A DNA stretch of 64,000 nucleotides from Verrucomicrobiales bacterium (GCA_038139415.1 JAYOSV010000001.1:94536-158535); one strand, 5' to 3'; positions 1 to 8,973 are shown, counted from the first letter of the stretch. Made by a program: numbers and translations. The notes: generated by a model from the letters alone, not told the origin.

Positions 1-572
1 TCGGGGCGGCCGTGGCTGGACTTGCCGCGACGATGGTCGCCACGGTGGCGGTCATCGTTCAGCACATACTGAACTCCCTCGAACGAGGCTTCGCTGCCTT
101 TTTTGCCGGGGCGGCCTTTGCCCTTGCCTTCGCCGCCAGGGCGTTGACCGGGCCTGCCTTTTCCTTCACCGCCTGGACGTTGCCCAGGACGTCCTTGAGG
201 GCTTCGCCGCATTTCCTCCAGTTTCTTGGCTTGTTCTTCAGTGAGGATGGCTCGCATCTTCTTTTGGTATTCTTCGCGGAGAGCGCCGAATCTCTCACGA
301 ACCCCCTCGCGATTTTCGCTTTCCCGGGCTTCAGCCATCAATTTGCCAAAGGCGGCACGTTGATCTTCCTGCAGTTTTTTCATTTGCAGAGCCTGTTTCT
401 CGTTGAGCCCGAGAGCCTTGGCCATGGCGGCACCGCGATCGGGGCGTTCGCCGCCTTTGCCGCGGGCTTCGGGGCGACCCTTTCCGGGGCCACGTCCTTT
501 TTCGTCTGCCTGAACAGCGGTGGTCAACAGGCCGGCCGCTAGGAGAACAACAGTGGTTTTATTCAATTTCAT
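1..572 (-). CDS. Secreted helical protein, Spy/CpxP-like (3' end runs off the window)
   Basis: Not in the ORF track. ATG at 572 gives MKLNKTTVVLLAAGLLTTAVQADEKGRGPG..., with a signal peptide, LGLNEKQ and ILTEEQAKK (LTxxQ-like) motifs and GRPG-rich linkers. Open to the window edge. Confidence 0.7.
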   Translation of the reverse strand, partial: MKLNKTTVVLLAAGLLTTAVQADEKGRGPGKGRPEARGKGGERPDRGAAMAKALGLNEKQALQMKKLQEDQRAAFGKLMAEARESENREGVRERFGALREEYQKKMRAILTEEQAKKLEEMRRSPQGRPGQRPGGEGKGRPGQRPGGEGKGKGRPGKKGSEASFEGVQYVLNDDRHRGDHRRGKSSHGRP

Positions 573-640
573 GTTTACTTGGTTAACTATACTTAATTTC
601 GGGGAGAGAACAGGAGCAACACTCTCTCAGTTGCACCCAG

Positions 641-668
641 AGACGCCTTTGGGTTTTGGCTGGTTACA
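641..668 (-). promoter_or_regulatory. Possible ECF-sigma promoter for the Spy-like gene
   Basis: Minus strand TGTAACC-N16-CGTCT, about 70 nt upstream of the ATG at 572. Confidence 0.4.
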
Positions 669-701
669 ATGATTATGTCATAAATCGGCGTAAAATGGCG
701 G

Positions 702-729
702 TTGACAGGGCGATGAATCCTGTTACTTT
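702..729 (+). promoter_or_regulatory. sigma70-type promoter of rpsU
   Basis: TTGACA (702-707), 16-nt spacer, extended -10 TGnTACTTT. Confidence 0.65.
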
Positions 730-790
730 CACCGCCCCGCTGGATTAAAAAACAGCGGTAAACTTTAAGATTTGGGGGTGAATCTCCTTA

Positions 791-988
791 ATGACAGAAA
801 TTAAACTGAAAAAAGGTGAACCGGTTGAACGCGCTTTGCGCCGCCTGAAAAAGAAGATGGATCGCGAAGGCACCATTAAGGATGTGCGAAATCGACGTGC
901 GTTCGAGAAACCGAGCGCACGCAAACGACGCAAGATGAAGGCGTCTAAGTTCCAGGCCATGTTGGCCGCGCGCTACGCTGATTATTAA
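791..988 (+). CDS. rpsU: 30S ribosomal protein S21
   Basis: 65 aa, basic; GEPVERALRRLKKK...FEKPSARKRRK is the S21 signature. Confidence 0.95.
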   Translation: MTEIKLKKGEPVERALRRLKKKMDREGTIKDVRNRRAFEKPSARKRRKMKASKFQAMLAARYADY

Positions 989-1009
989 TCCACCCTCACC
1001 GGATTGATC

Positions 1010-1036
1010 GCGCGCCTACGGGCGCGCATTTTTTTT
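1010..1036 (+). terminator. Intrinsic terminator after rpsU
   Basis: GCGCGCC-TACG-GGCGCGC hairpin followed by A and T8. Confidence 0.85.
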
Positions 1037-1039
1037 GCC

Positions 1040-2353
1040 ATGACTCCTCGCGACATCGTGCTTGATTTGCTCCGCCGTTTGCAAGAGGCCGGACATGAGG
1101 CCTACCTCGTGGGGGGGTGTGTGCGCGATGAACTCCGCGGGATGGCGCCGCAGGATTATGATATGGCCACCAGCGCTCGGCCTGAAGAGGTGGAGGCGCT
1201 CTTTCCCCAGACCCATGCCGTGGGTAAGAGCTTCGGGGTGATTTTGGTGGTGGAACACGGGCACACCTTTGAGGTGGCCACTTTTCGGGCGGAGAGTGAT
1301 TACACCGATGGTCGCCGCCCGAATACCGTGACGTTTAGTGATGCGCAAACCGATGCCAGTCGCCGAGACTTCACCGTGAACGGGCTCTTTATGGATCCTT
1401 TGAGCGACACGGTGCACGATTGGGTGGGGGGGCAGGAGGACTTGGAGAAACGCCGGCTGCGCACCATCGGACATCCTACCGAGCGATTTAACGAGGATCA
1501 TTTGCGCTTGTTGCGCGCGGTACGTTTAGCGGCGCAACTAGATTTCGAGATCGATCCAGCCACATTTGCGGCTGTCCGAGACATGGCCGACCACATTACC
1601 CGAGTGAGTGCTGAACGGGTTCGGGATGAATTGTTGAAACTCTTTCGTCCGCCCTATGCCGCCCGCGGTTTGGATCTCCTTCATGAGAGCGGTTTGCTGG
1701 CGCAGGTATTGCCCGAATTGCTGCCGACTGTAACGTGCGAACAATCACCCGATTATCATCCGGAAGGCACGGTGTACGATCACATCCGCCTCATGCTTTC
1801 CAAACTGCCCGCCGAGACATCTGTCGAGTTGCCTTGGACGGCGTTGCTGCATGATATCGCCAAGCCGGTGACGCAATCAGAGTGCGAAGAGGGCAGGATC
1901 CATTTTTACGGCCACGAGAAAATCGGCGCGGATATGGCGCAACAGATCCTGCAACGGCTACGGTTTCCCAACGTCGAGATCGAGGCCATTGTGCAAACGG
2001 TTCGTTATCACATGCAATTCAAGGACGCGCCGAAGATGCGCAAGGCCACGCTGCGCCGGATGCTGATGCGGCCCACCTTCGAACTGGAGCTGGAACAACA
2101 CAGGTTGGATTGCCTCGGTTCCCATGGGCTGATGGATATTTATGATTTCATCCGTGAAGAACAAACCGTGCTTCAGGAAAAACCGCTCTTGCTGGAGCCT
2201 CTGATTAGCGGTCGTGATCTGATTGAGTTGGGCATCGAACCGGGACCGGCGCTGGGGCAATTGCTCGATGCTGTGCGAGATCAACAACTGGCCGAGACGT
2301 TTAGCACACGCGAAGAGGCGCTCGCGTGGGCAAAGGAAAAGGCTGACCTTTGA
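1040..2353 (+). CDS. cca: Class II tRNA nucleotidyltransferase (CCA-adding/poly(A) polymerase family) with HD domain
   Basis: VGGCVRD, DYD, RRDFT, EDHLRLLR and LLHDIAK motifs. ATG at 1040 follows the terminator. Exact activity cannot be assigned. Confidence 0.85.
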   Translation: MTPRDIVLDLLRRLQEAGHEAYLVGGCVRDELRGMAPQDYDMATSARPEEVEALFPQTHAVGKSFGVILVVEHGHTFEVATFRAESDYTDGRRPNTVTFSDAQTDASRRDFTVNGLFMDPLSDTVHDWVGGQEDLEKRRLRTIGHPTERFNEDHLRLLRAVRLAAQLDFEIDPATFAAVRDMADHITRVSAERVRDELLKLFRPPYAARGLDLLHESGLLAQVLPELLPTVTCEQSPDYHPEGTVYDHIRLMLSKLPAETSVELPWTALLHDIAKPVTQSECEEGRIHFYGHEKIGADMAQQILQRLRFPNVEIEAIVQTVRYHMQFKDAPKMRKATLRRMLMRPTFELELEQHRLDCLGSHGLMDIYDFIREEQTVLQEKPLLLEPLISGRDLIELGIEPGPALGQLLDAVRDQQLAETFSTREEALAWAKEKADL

Positions 2354-2383
2354 CCGGCCATTGGGTACGCTGTGCGCGCACGG

Positions 2384-3802
2384 ATGGATAAACTGTTGCT
2401 TATCGATGACGAGGCGGATGTCCGATATTCGTTTGAACGGATCTTCGGCCGTAAGGACGGGCTGGAACTGCACACGGCCGGTAGCGGCGAGGCTGCGCTG
2501 GAATTGATTCCGCAGCTCAAGCCGGATTTGGTGATCATGGATGTGCGCATGGGTGGCATCACCGGCATTGAGACGCTGCAGCGGTTGCGGGAGTTTGATT
2601 CCAAAACGCCGGTGATTTTGATGACCGCATTCGGGACCACGCAGACGGCCATTCAGGCTATGAAGCACGGCGCCTACGATTACATACTCAAGCCGTTTGA
2701 TGTGCCCAAGCTTGAGGAGATGGTGAGCAAGGCCCTTGACGCGGCACGATCCATGAAGCAGGTGGTGTCGTACGAGCCGCTGCTGGAGAAAGAGGATTTC
2801 GATTTAGGCATTATCGGTCAAAGTGCGCCGATGCAGGAGGTATTCAAGACCATCGGCCAATTAGCGGCCAGTGACGCGACTGCCCTGATCACTGGCGAGA
2901 GTGGTACGGGCAAGGAGTTGGTGGCGCGTGCGATTTACAGTCACAGTCAGCGCAGTAGCCAGTCATACCTCGCGATCAATTGCGCGGCCATTCCGGAGAA
3001 CCTGCTGGAGAGCGAGTTGTTCGGCCATGAGAAGGGTGCTTTCACCGGCGCCAACACGCAGCGAATCGGTAAGTTTGAGCAATGCGACGGTGGTACGATT
3101 TTTTTGGATGAAATCGGTGACATGACACTCGCTACGCAGACCAAAATCCTGCGAGTGCTGCAGAATGGCATCTTCGAGCGTGTAGGGGGCAATCAACCGG
3201 TGAAGGTGGATGTGCGCGTGATCGCCGCCACCAACAAGCCATTGGAAAAGGCCGTGGAAGAAGGCGATTTTCGCGAGGATCTATTTTATCGACTGAACGT
3301 CGTACGCATCCAGTTGCCTGCCCTACGCGAACGGCGCGAGGATATTCCGCAGCTCGTCAGTTATTTTCTCTCCAAAAATTCACCCAACCCCAAACAGCCG
3401 AAGACCGTGCAGCCCGATGCGCTTGCTAAGCTGGAAACCCACGATTGGCCCGGCAACGTGCGCGAACTGGAAAACGCCGTGCAACGCGCACTGGTGATGG
3501 CCAAAGGCGATGCGATCCTGCTGGAGAATCTCCCGCCGGAAGTGTTGAACGTGGCCGATGCCGCCTCGCCAGATGTCGATGGCGATGATCTGGCCGGACT
3601 GGCCTCGAAGCTGTTTAGGTGGGCGCGTAATAATCCGGACCTGAAGGTGATCCCGGCGGTGGAGCGGGAGCTGGTGATCAATGCGCTTAAGGAAACCGAT
3701 GGCAATCAGGTGCAGAGCGCCAAGCTCCTCGGCATCACGCGCGCCACCTTGCGCAAGCGGATTGAAAAGTTTGATATCAAACAGGGTTTGACGGTCGAAT
3801 AA
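2384..3802 (+). CDS. sigma54-dependent response regulator (NtrC family)
   Basis: Receiver domain (LIDD, MDVRM), GESGTGKE, GAFTGA, WPGNVRELEN and a C-terminal Fis HTH. Confidence 0.95.
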   Translation: MDKLLLIDDEADVRYSFERIFGRKDGLELHTAGSGEAALELIPQLKPDLVIMDVRMGGITGIETLQRLREFDSKTPVILMTAFGTTQTAIQAMKHGAYDYILKPFDVPKLEEMVSKALDAARSMKQVVSYEPLLEKEDFDLGIIGQSAPMQEVFKTIGQLAASDATALITGESGTGKELVARAIYSHSQRSSQSYLAINCAAIPENLLESELFGHEKGAFTGANTQRIGKFEQCDGGTIFLDEIGDMTLATQTKILRVLQNGIFERVGGNQPVKVDVRVIAATNKPLEKAVEEGDFREDLFYRLNVVRIQLPALRERREDIPQLVSYFLSKNSPNPKQPKTVQPDALAKLETHDWPGNVRELENAVQRALVMAKGDAILLENLPPEVLNVADAASPDVDGDDLAGLASKLFRWARNNPDLKVIPAVERELVINALKETDGNQVQSAKLLGITRATLRKRIEKFDIKQGLTVE

Positions 3803-3811
3803 TCGGCCGCG

Positions 3812-4819
3812 TCAGTCGCTGCCGGGGAAACGATCAGTCTCCACCACCTTCAGCGGACCCTGCGGGTCGGTCTCCGGAAATAGCAAAAACCGAAAACCCA
3901 CCTTGGCCCCGAGCAATTTTTGGCTTTGCGTTACGCCCAATACGCAGGCGGCTGTGGCGTAGGCGTCGCTTTCCATGCAGGTCGCGGCCGTAGCTGTGCA
4001 ACTGCCGATACCTTGAACTGGGTAACCCGTGCGCGGGTCTAGCAGATGCCCGTACCGGCGGCCGCCGATCTCAAAGAAGTTCTCGTAATTCCCCGAAGTG
4101 CTGAGCGCGCCGTGCCGCAGCTTAATGAGCGCGCGCCGGCCTTGTTTGCGAGGGTCCTCAATCCACACCGCCCAATAGTCCAGCCCGGGCGGCAGGCCGA
4201 TCACGCGTGTATCGCCACCGGCCTTCACCATCGCGTGCCTGATACCATGCCGTTGCAGTACGGCAATCGCTCGGTCCACCGCGTAGCCTTTGCCGAAGCC
4301 TCCGGAATCGATCGACATTCCAGGGGCATTCTGGATGAGCTTGTTGCCTTGCAACTTTATCTGACGGTAGTCGACCTTGGGGAGCACGCTTTGAAGTTCA
4401 GTCTCCGTTGGTAGCCTGTATCCCTCCTTTTTGATGAAGCCCCAAAGCTCGGCTAGGGGTCGAATGGTGGGGTCGAAGGCCCCTTCGGTTTCGTGGGCTA
4501 TAGCCAGAGCCTGTTTCAACACCGGCTTGAGTTCGGCCGAAACCGGCATGCCTTGGTTGGCTTTGGCCAGATCGCTGTCGTCGCGGTGGATGCTGAGCAG
4601 TCGGTCGATGGCGCGGATTTCGGCGAAGGCCGCATTGATGGCCGGTTGTGCCTCATCCGGTTCAGCGTATATTGTGACTGAAACAAACGTACCCAGAAGC
4701 GGCTGTAGCCGCGTAACTGGCTCGGCTGCAGTTGACTTACTGCTTAGGCAACCGACCGGCAGCCACCAGAGCAGGACGCACCACAACGCCCCACGTGTGA
4801 CAAATGCGTTTAACTCCAC
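3812..4819 (-). CDS. apbE: FAD:protein FMN transferase
   Basis: GAFDPTI, GGFGKGYAVD, STSGNYE, HLLDPRTGYP and SDAYATA motifs; LPVGC lipobox-like. Start uncertain (GTG 4819 or TTG 4786). Confidence 0.9.
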   Translation of the reverse strand: MELNAFVTRGALWCVLLWWLPVGCLSSKSTAAEPVTRLQPLLGTFVSVTIYAEPDEAQPAINAAFAEIRAIDRLLSIHRDDSDLAKANQGMPVSAELKPVLKQALAIAHETEGAFDPTIRPLAELWGFIKKEGYRLPTETELQSVLPKVDYRQIKLQGNKLIQNAPGMSIDSGGFGKGYAVDRAIAVLQRHGIRHAMVKAGGDTRVIGLPPGLDYWAVWIEDPRKQGRRALIKLRHGALSTSGNYENFFEIGGRRYGHLLDPRTGYPVQGIGSCTATAATCMESDAYATAACVLGVTQSQKLLGAKVGFRFLLFPETDPQGPLKVVETDRFPGSD

Positions 4820-5318
4820 GCGCAACGCCACGGCAAGAGAGGGTGGCACCACTGATATTAGAGATTCCATTGTTGTGATCTAACTTGGCGGCAGTATCTT
4901 TTCCAACGAATTGGTTTCGCCATCCTTCGCGACGAACTTCGTATCCCCAGCTTTCACGGTAATTCAGGATTTCAACCTGTTTAACCCGGCCTTCCGGGGT
5001 GATGGCAATGACAAAGTCGATAAATAAGTGTTTTCCGATACAACGATCAAATGCAATTACTCCAACCACTTTATTATCCTTATAGGCGGTGCAATACCAT
5101 AGCCCTGGATCGATCACCTTCAGACCGCTGGCGTCATAAATCTTTTGGATTTCATCACGCGAGTAGCGATGGGTTTTCCATTCGAATTTGTCGGCTGTGG
5201 GGAAGCATACCTTTTCTGCCTGTGTAGGAGTAAGGTAGGTCTTAGCCTCCAGCGAGTTTGACGTGCAAGCAATTAGCAATGCCAGAATTAAGTATGTTTT
5301 GACACTAAACAAATTCAT
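4737..5318 (-). CDS. Exported FMN-binding domain protein (ApbE flavinylation substrate)
   Basis: Signal peptide, YRESWGYEV, and ISGATLS carrying the [S/T]GA[S/T] flavinylation motif. Confidence 0.85.
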   Translation of the reverse strand: MNLFSVKTYLILALLIACTSNSLEAKTYLTPTQAEKVCFPTADKFEWKTHRYSRDEIQKIYDASGLKVIDPGLWYCTAYKDNKVVGVIAFDRCIGKHLFIDFVIAITPEGRVKQVEILNYRESWGYEVRREGWRNQFVGKDTAAKLDHNNGISNISGATLSCRGVARGVKRICHTWGVVVRPALVAAGRLPKQ

Positions 5319-5334
5319 AATCTTAAAGGTTAAG

Positions 5335-5440
5335 GTCGGCACCCGCAAAAACGGGTGCCGACTTAAATGCAGTATAGGTTTCATTGAAAACAAATGACCT
5401 AAGATTTTTGGGACGGTGGCACCCCATCCGGAGTGCCACC
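5335..5440. repeat. Two related GGCACCC-core palindromes between the porin and FMN-binding genes
   Basis: GTCGGCACCCG-N6-CGGGTGCCGAC (5335-5362) and GGTGGCACCCC-N4-GGAGTGCCACC (5415-5440). Confidence 0.8.
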
Positions 5441-5494
5441 TTTTTGGTTTATCGCAATTGACCTTTCATTTTAGTCTAATACAAACAGGTTTGG

Positions 5495-6679
5495 TTAGAA
5501 CTGCATACCAACAGAGAGGTGGATGGAATCCGTCTCAGTGCCGGTAGCGGTTTCTTTCATTTCAACGTTGGCCTTGATTTCCCAGTTGTCGCCAAATTTG
5601 TACATGGCGCCAAAGGTCACATATTCGGTGTCGGCCGAGTTGTTTACCCCAGAATCCATTTCTTCGTAACGAAGGAACGGAGTTAGGGTGTTGTTTTCGC
5701 CATGAGGGATGTGGTAGGCCACTTCAAGACGGTAACCACCAAACTCATCGTTGGTTATATCAGCGCCAGCGTCTGAGTCCACAAGTGCTGCAGGGTTATC
5801 GATATCCCACCAGGCTTTTTCAGCTATCAACTCCAATCCATTTTCAAACCTATAGGATGAGTATAACGAGTATAAACCAACGTCAGATTTATCTTGGGCA
5901 TTGTTTTCGTACTCGGTTTGATATGTGGAAGCGCTAACGTATGCGCCACCAGTTTGATAACTAAGCTTTAAGGAGTGAGCATAGTTATAAACGTTTCCTT
6001 GTAGGTCGGGGCGAGCGTTTTTGAATGACCAATCGCTATTATCAGCACCGTCGTTTCCATTATCGTTACTTAGGCCTTGAGAGAAGTAGTACTCATACTT
6101 GAGGCCGTCAACAGGAGTCTCACCATTGAAACCAGTTCCCATTTCCATCCAGGTGGTTGGGATGATGCTCTTGTAGAGTTGAGGCCTGAGAGATGAGTAG
6201 AACTGGTCTGGCTCGTGATATTGATTGATCTCACCAATCGGAATCAATGAGACACCCAGTGAACGCCAGTTCACATGTTCATTGATATTCACATCGATGT
6301 ACATCTGCTCTAGTTCAAGGGCTCCGGAAAAACGGTCTGAGTCCTTATTTTTGACGCCTCCGTGTTCGAGCTCAAATTCCGATACAAACTTGGCATAATC
6401 GCTAAGTTTGTAAGAAGGAATGAGCACATAACGATAAGCATCTGTCTTCGTTGTACCTCCGCCAGAAAGCCATGTGAGCTGACCGTAGAAGTTGAATTGT
6501 AGACCTTGGGCAGCTGCTTGATTGAGGAAGTTGGGTTGTGCCCCTCCGTTTTCAACCTGTTGCTGCAGCTTAAGGATCTGTTCCTCTAGTGCATCTATTT
6601 GTTCCTGGGTAGTTTGACCCATGGCCACGCCTGCACCGGCGATAAAGGTAGCCATTCCCAGTTGGATTGATTTGTTCAT
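5495..6679 (-). CDS. Outer-membrane beta-barrel porin, probably for metal (iron) uptake
   Basis: Signal peptide, N-terminal coiled coil, SEFELEHG/ELEQMY segment, amphipathic strands and C-terminal Phe. Lies downstream of fur with Fur-like boxes. Confidence 0.8.
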   Translation of the reverse strand: MNKSIQLGMATFIAGAGVAMGQTTQEQIDALEEQILKLQQQVENGGAQPNFLNQAAAQGLQFNFYGQLTWLSGGGTTKTDAYRYVLIPSYKLSDYAKFVSEFELEHGGVKNKDSDRFSGALELEQMYIDVNINEHVNWRSLGVSLIPIGEINQYHEPDQFYSSLRPQLYKSIIPTTWMEMGTGFNGETPVDGLKYEYYFSQGLSNDNGNDGADNSDWSFKNARPDLQGNVYNYAHSLKLSYQTGGAYVSASTYQTEYENNAQDKSDVGLYSLYSSYRFENGLELIAEKAWWDIDNPAALVDSDAGADITNDEFGGYRLEVAYHIPHGENNTLTPFLRYEEMDSGVNNSADTEYVTFGAMYKFGDNWEIKANVEMKETATGTETDSIHLSVGMQF

Positions 6680-6739
6680 TTTTTACTAATTAGTATTTAC
6701 GTTTTGTGTCCTCGGCCCTCCACTTGAGAGCGAGCTCGC

Positions 6740-6828
6740 GAAAACGAGACTCATTCGCAACACAGCGCACCAAGGATACTGAGACTCAATATCAAATGCG
6801 CGCGGCCACGATATTGAGACTCAGTATC
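6740..6828. promoter_or_regulatory. Three 19-bp Fur-box-like operators
   Basis: GAAAACGAGACTCATTCGC (6740-6758), GATACTGAGACTCAATATC (6775-6793) and GATATTGAGACTCAGTATC (6810-6828); 9-1-9 symmetry as in the Fur box GATAATGATAATCATTATC. Confidence 0.75.
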
Positions 6829-6836
6829 AGTGTCAA
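6808..6836 (-). promoter_or_regulatory. sigma70-type promoter of the porin operon
   Basis: Minus strand TTGACA (6836-6831), N17, TATCGT (6813-6808); overlapped by the operator at 6810-6828. Confidence 0.75.
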
Positions 6837-6873
6837 TGGAAAGTTTAATTTATTTGAAGAGGGTGTAGGAGGG

Positions 6874-7347
6874 CTAATGACCCTTGTTTTTACACTCTCC
6901 GAGGCGTTTCATTTCCTCGCAGGAAGCATTGATCCGAAGTTGTTGGGATTTAACTTTGAACCCTAGGCCGGTAGAAATCTCATTTTCTAGTTGATCCAAC
7001 CGGTCACTTTCAAATTCAACGATCTTGTCACAGTCATCACAAATAATGTGATTGTGATTAGGGTGATCCGCGTAATTTGGGTCGTAAATCTTGTAGTCTT
7101 TGCCGAAATCCATCTCGTGTACGAGCCCACTTTCAGTGAGGAGGGGCAGGGTACGGTACACCGTTGCACGCGAAACGGAGGAATCTTTCTCTCTAGCCCA
7201 TTCGAGCAATTGCTCGGCAGTGAAGTGTTGGTCAGTCCCAAAAACCGTGTCTACGATAGCACGACGCTGAGCAGTTATCCGGAGATTTTTTGCTTCAAGG
7301 AAGCCTAGAAACTTCTCCTTGGCGGCATTTCTGTCAGGTTCAGCCAT
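6874..7347 (-). CDS. fur: Fur-family transcriptional regulator
   Basis: LRITAQRRAI, HFTAEQL, SRATVYRTL, HNHIICDDC. Confidence 0.95.
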   Translation of the reverse strand: MAEPDRNAAKEKFLGFLEAKNLRITAQRRAIVDTVFGTDQHFTAEQLLEWAREKDSSVSRATVYRTLPLLTESGLVHEMDFGKDYKIYDPNYADHPNHNHIICDDCDKIVEFESDRLDQLENEISTGLGFKVKSQQLRINASCEEMKRLGECKNKGH

Positions 7348-7355
7348 CAGCAGCC

Positions 7356-7383
7356 AGTATAGAAATCTTATTAGCTAAGTCAA
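7356..7383 (-). promoter_or_regulatory. fur promoter (near-leaderless)
   Basis: Minus strand TTGACT-N16-TATACT, 8 nt before the ATG, with no SD. Confidence 0.7.
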
Positions 7384-7459
7384 TGCCATCTAATTCCACG
7401 GAGCCATGGAAAAGCTGCATGGTGTTGCGCCCATTTTGTCCACATGCGACCCTAGGGGC

Positions 7460-8692
7460 GTGCGAGTGGAATTGATCAATACCGGTAGTGAACTCCTCGT
7501 AGGTCGCGTACTTAACACCCATCAACAATGGCTGGGCCAGCAACTTTCCGATGCCGGTTATGAGCCCAGCTATCAGCAAACTATTCCGGATACAGGAGAT
7601 GCAATTCAGTCTGCGGTGCGCGAGGCCATTGATCGTAGCGAATTGGTGATTGTGACCGGAGGTTTAGGGCCTACCAGTGATGACATCACCCGCCAACGTA
7701 TTGCGGAGCTGCTGGGCGTCCCTTTGGAGGAACACGCCGAGACCCGTGAACGGATCATTGCCCATTTTCAAAAACGCCAAAGGCCCATGCCGGAGGTGGT
7801 GCTGGTGCAGGCGCAAATACCACACGGTGCCACGGTATTGCCCAATGACCACGGTACAGCCCCGGGCTTGGCTCTACAAACCGGGCGTGGCTGGCTGATA
7901 CTGTTGCCTGGCCCGCCGCGCGAATTGCGCCCCATGTATACCAGTTATGTGGCGCCGTTGCTCACCGAGGAATTGCCGCCGGAAAACCCCGTGCTCATTC
8001 GCACGGTGAAAACCATGGGGATCGGGGAATCTTCCGTGGAGGAACGTATTGCGCCCGTTCTGCAGGCGCAGTGTGCTGAGGGGCTGGAGATAGGTTATTG
8101 CGCACGCATGGGCGAGGTGGATGTGCGCCTGTCCGCGCACGGCAGTGGCGCGGCCGCCTTGTTGAAGCAGGCTGAGTGTATCGTGCGAGAACAGGTGGGG
8201 AATTATGTTTTCGGTGTGGATCAGGAACGACTGGAGGATGTGATTGTCCGCGAACTGAACCGCCGTGAGCAAACGCTCGTGCTGGCTGAATCGTGCACAG
8301 GCGGTTTTTTGGCGCATCGCATTACCAATGTGCCGGGCGCCTCAGGCATGTTTCTGGCCGGCCATTGCACCTACAGTAACGCAGCAAAGCAAGATACACT
8401 GGGTGTGAGTGAGGATTCTATAGCGGCTCATGGTGCGGTGAGCGAGGTCGTGGCACGTGAGATGGCAGAGGGAGCACGGGCAGCGCATGCCGCGGATTAT
8501 GCCCTGGCCACCACAGGTATCGCCGGTCCCACCGGCGGCACGGAGGAGAAGCCGGTGGGCACGGTGTTTATCGCGCTGGCTACGGCAAAGGGGACGCAGG
8601 TGCTGAACCCTTGCAATCGTTGCGACCGAGAGACCTTCAAGTATGTCACCACACAACAAGCCTTGGGTCTGTTGTGGAAGGCATTGGCATAA
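7460..8692 (+). CDS. cinA: Competence/damage-inducible protein A (MoCF-like domain plus NMN deamidase domain)
   Basis: GSELLVG, TGGLGPTSDD, LPGPPRE, AESCTGG, TGIAGPTGG. GTG start at 7460. Confidence 0.93.
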   Translation: MRVELINTGSELLVGRVLNTHQQWLGQQLSDAGYEPSYQQTIPDTGDAIQSAVREAIDRSELVIVTGGLGPTSDDITRQRIAELLGVPLEEHAETRERIIAHFQKRQRPMPEVVLVQAQIPHGATVLPNDHGTAPGLALQTGRGWLILLPGPPRELRPMYTSYVAPLLTEELPPENPVLIRTVKTMGIGESSVEERIAPVLQAQCAEGLEIGYCARMGEVDVRLSAHGSGAAALLKQAECIVREQVGNYVFGVDQERLEDVIVRELNRREQTLVLAESCTGGFLAHRITNVPGASGMFLAGHCTYSNAAKQDTLGVSEDSIAAHGAVSEVVAREMAEGARAAHAADYALATTGIAGPTGGTEEKPVGTVFIALATAKGTQVLNPCNRCDRETFKYVTTQQALGLLWKALA

Positions 8693-8716
8693 AAAAAGCC
8701 CGCCTGACGGCGGGCT
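8691..8716 (-). terminator. Terminator between convergent cinA and ferredoxin
   Basis: AGCCCGCC-TGAC-GGCGGGCT with an A7 tract on the left (U-tract on the minus strand). Confidence 0.8.
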
Positions 8717-8736
8717 GAAAATTGAGCGAGAGCGGG

Positions 8737-8973
8737 TTAGTCCGCGCCGTCGTTGCCGATGGCTTCCACGGGGCAACCTTCCATGGCCTCCTGGCACAGG
8801 GCTTCTTCCTCTTCGTTCTCCGGTTGTTTATAGAGAAAGGAATAGCCGCCATCATCGTTCCGGGTAAAGTTCTCCGGAGCCGTCTCGCGGCACAGGTCAC
8901 AATCAATGCACTCAGTGTCGCAGTAGTATTTACCTGCTGCGTTGTCTTCGTATTTATCTTCTTTAGTTGCCAT
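8737..8973 (-). CDS. Single-cluster [4Fe-4S] ferredoxin
   Basis: 78 aa, acidic; CIDCDLC...CPVEAI. Confidence 0.93.
   Translation of the reverse strand: MATKEDKYEDNAAGKYYCDTECIDCDLCRETAPENFTRNDDGGYSFLYKQPENEEEEALCQEAMEGCPVEAIGNDGAD

Noticed and set aside
12..542. 176-aa plus-strand ORF
   Set aside because: Antisense shadow of the minus-strand signal-peptide gene starting at 572.
5415..5445. Minus-strand AAAAAGGTGGCAC...GTGCC resembles the 3' hairpin of a Cas9 tracrRNA
   Set aside because: Short similarity only; no cas genes, anti-repeat or CRISPR array in the window.
6740..6828. 35-bp periodic repeats as a mini-CRISPR
   Set aside because: 19-bp units with 16-bp gaps are too short, and they overlap a promoter next to fur; operators explain them better.
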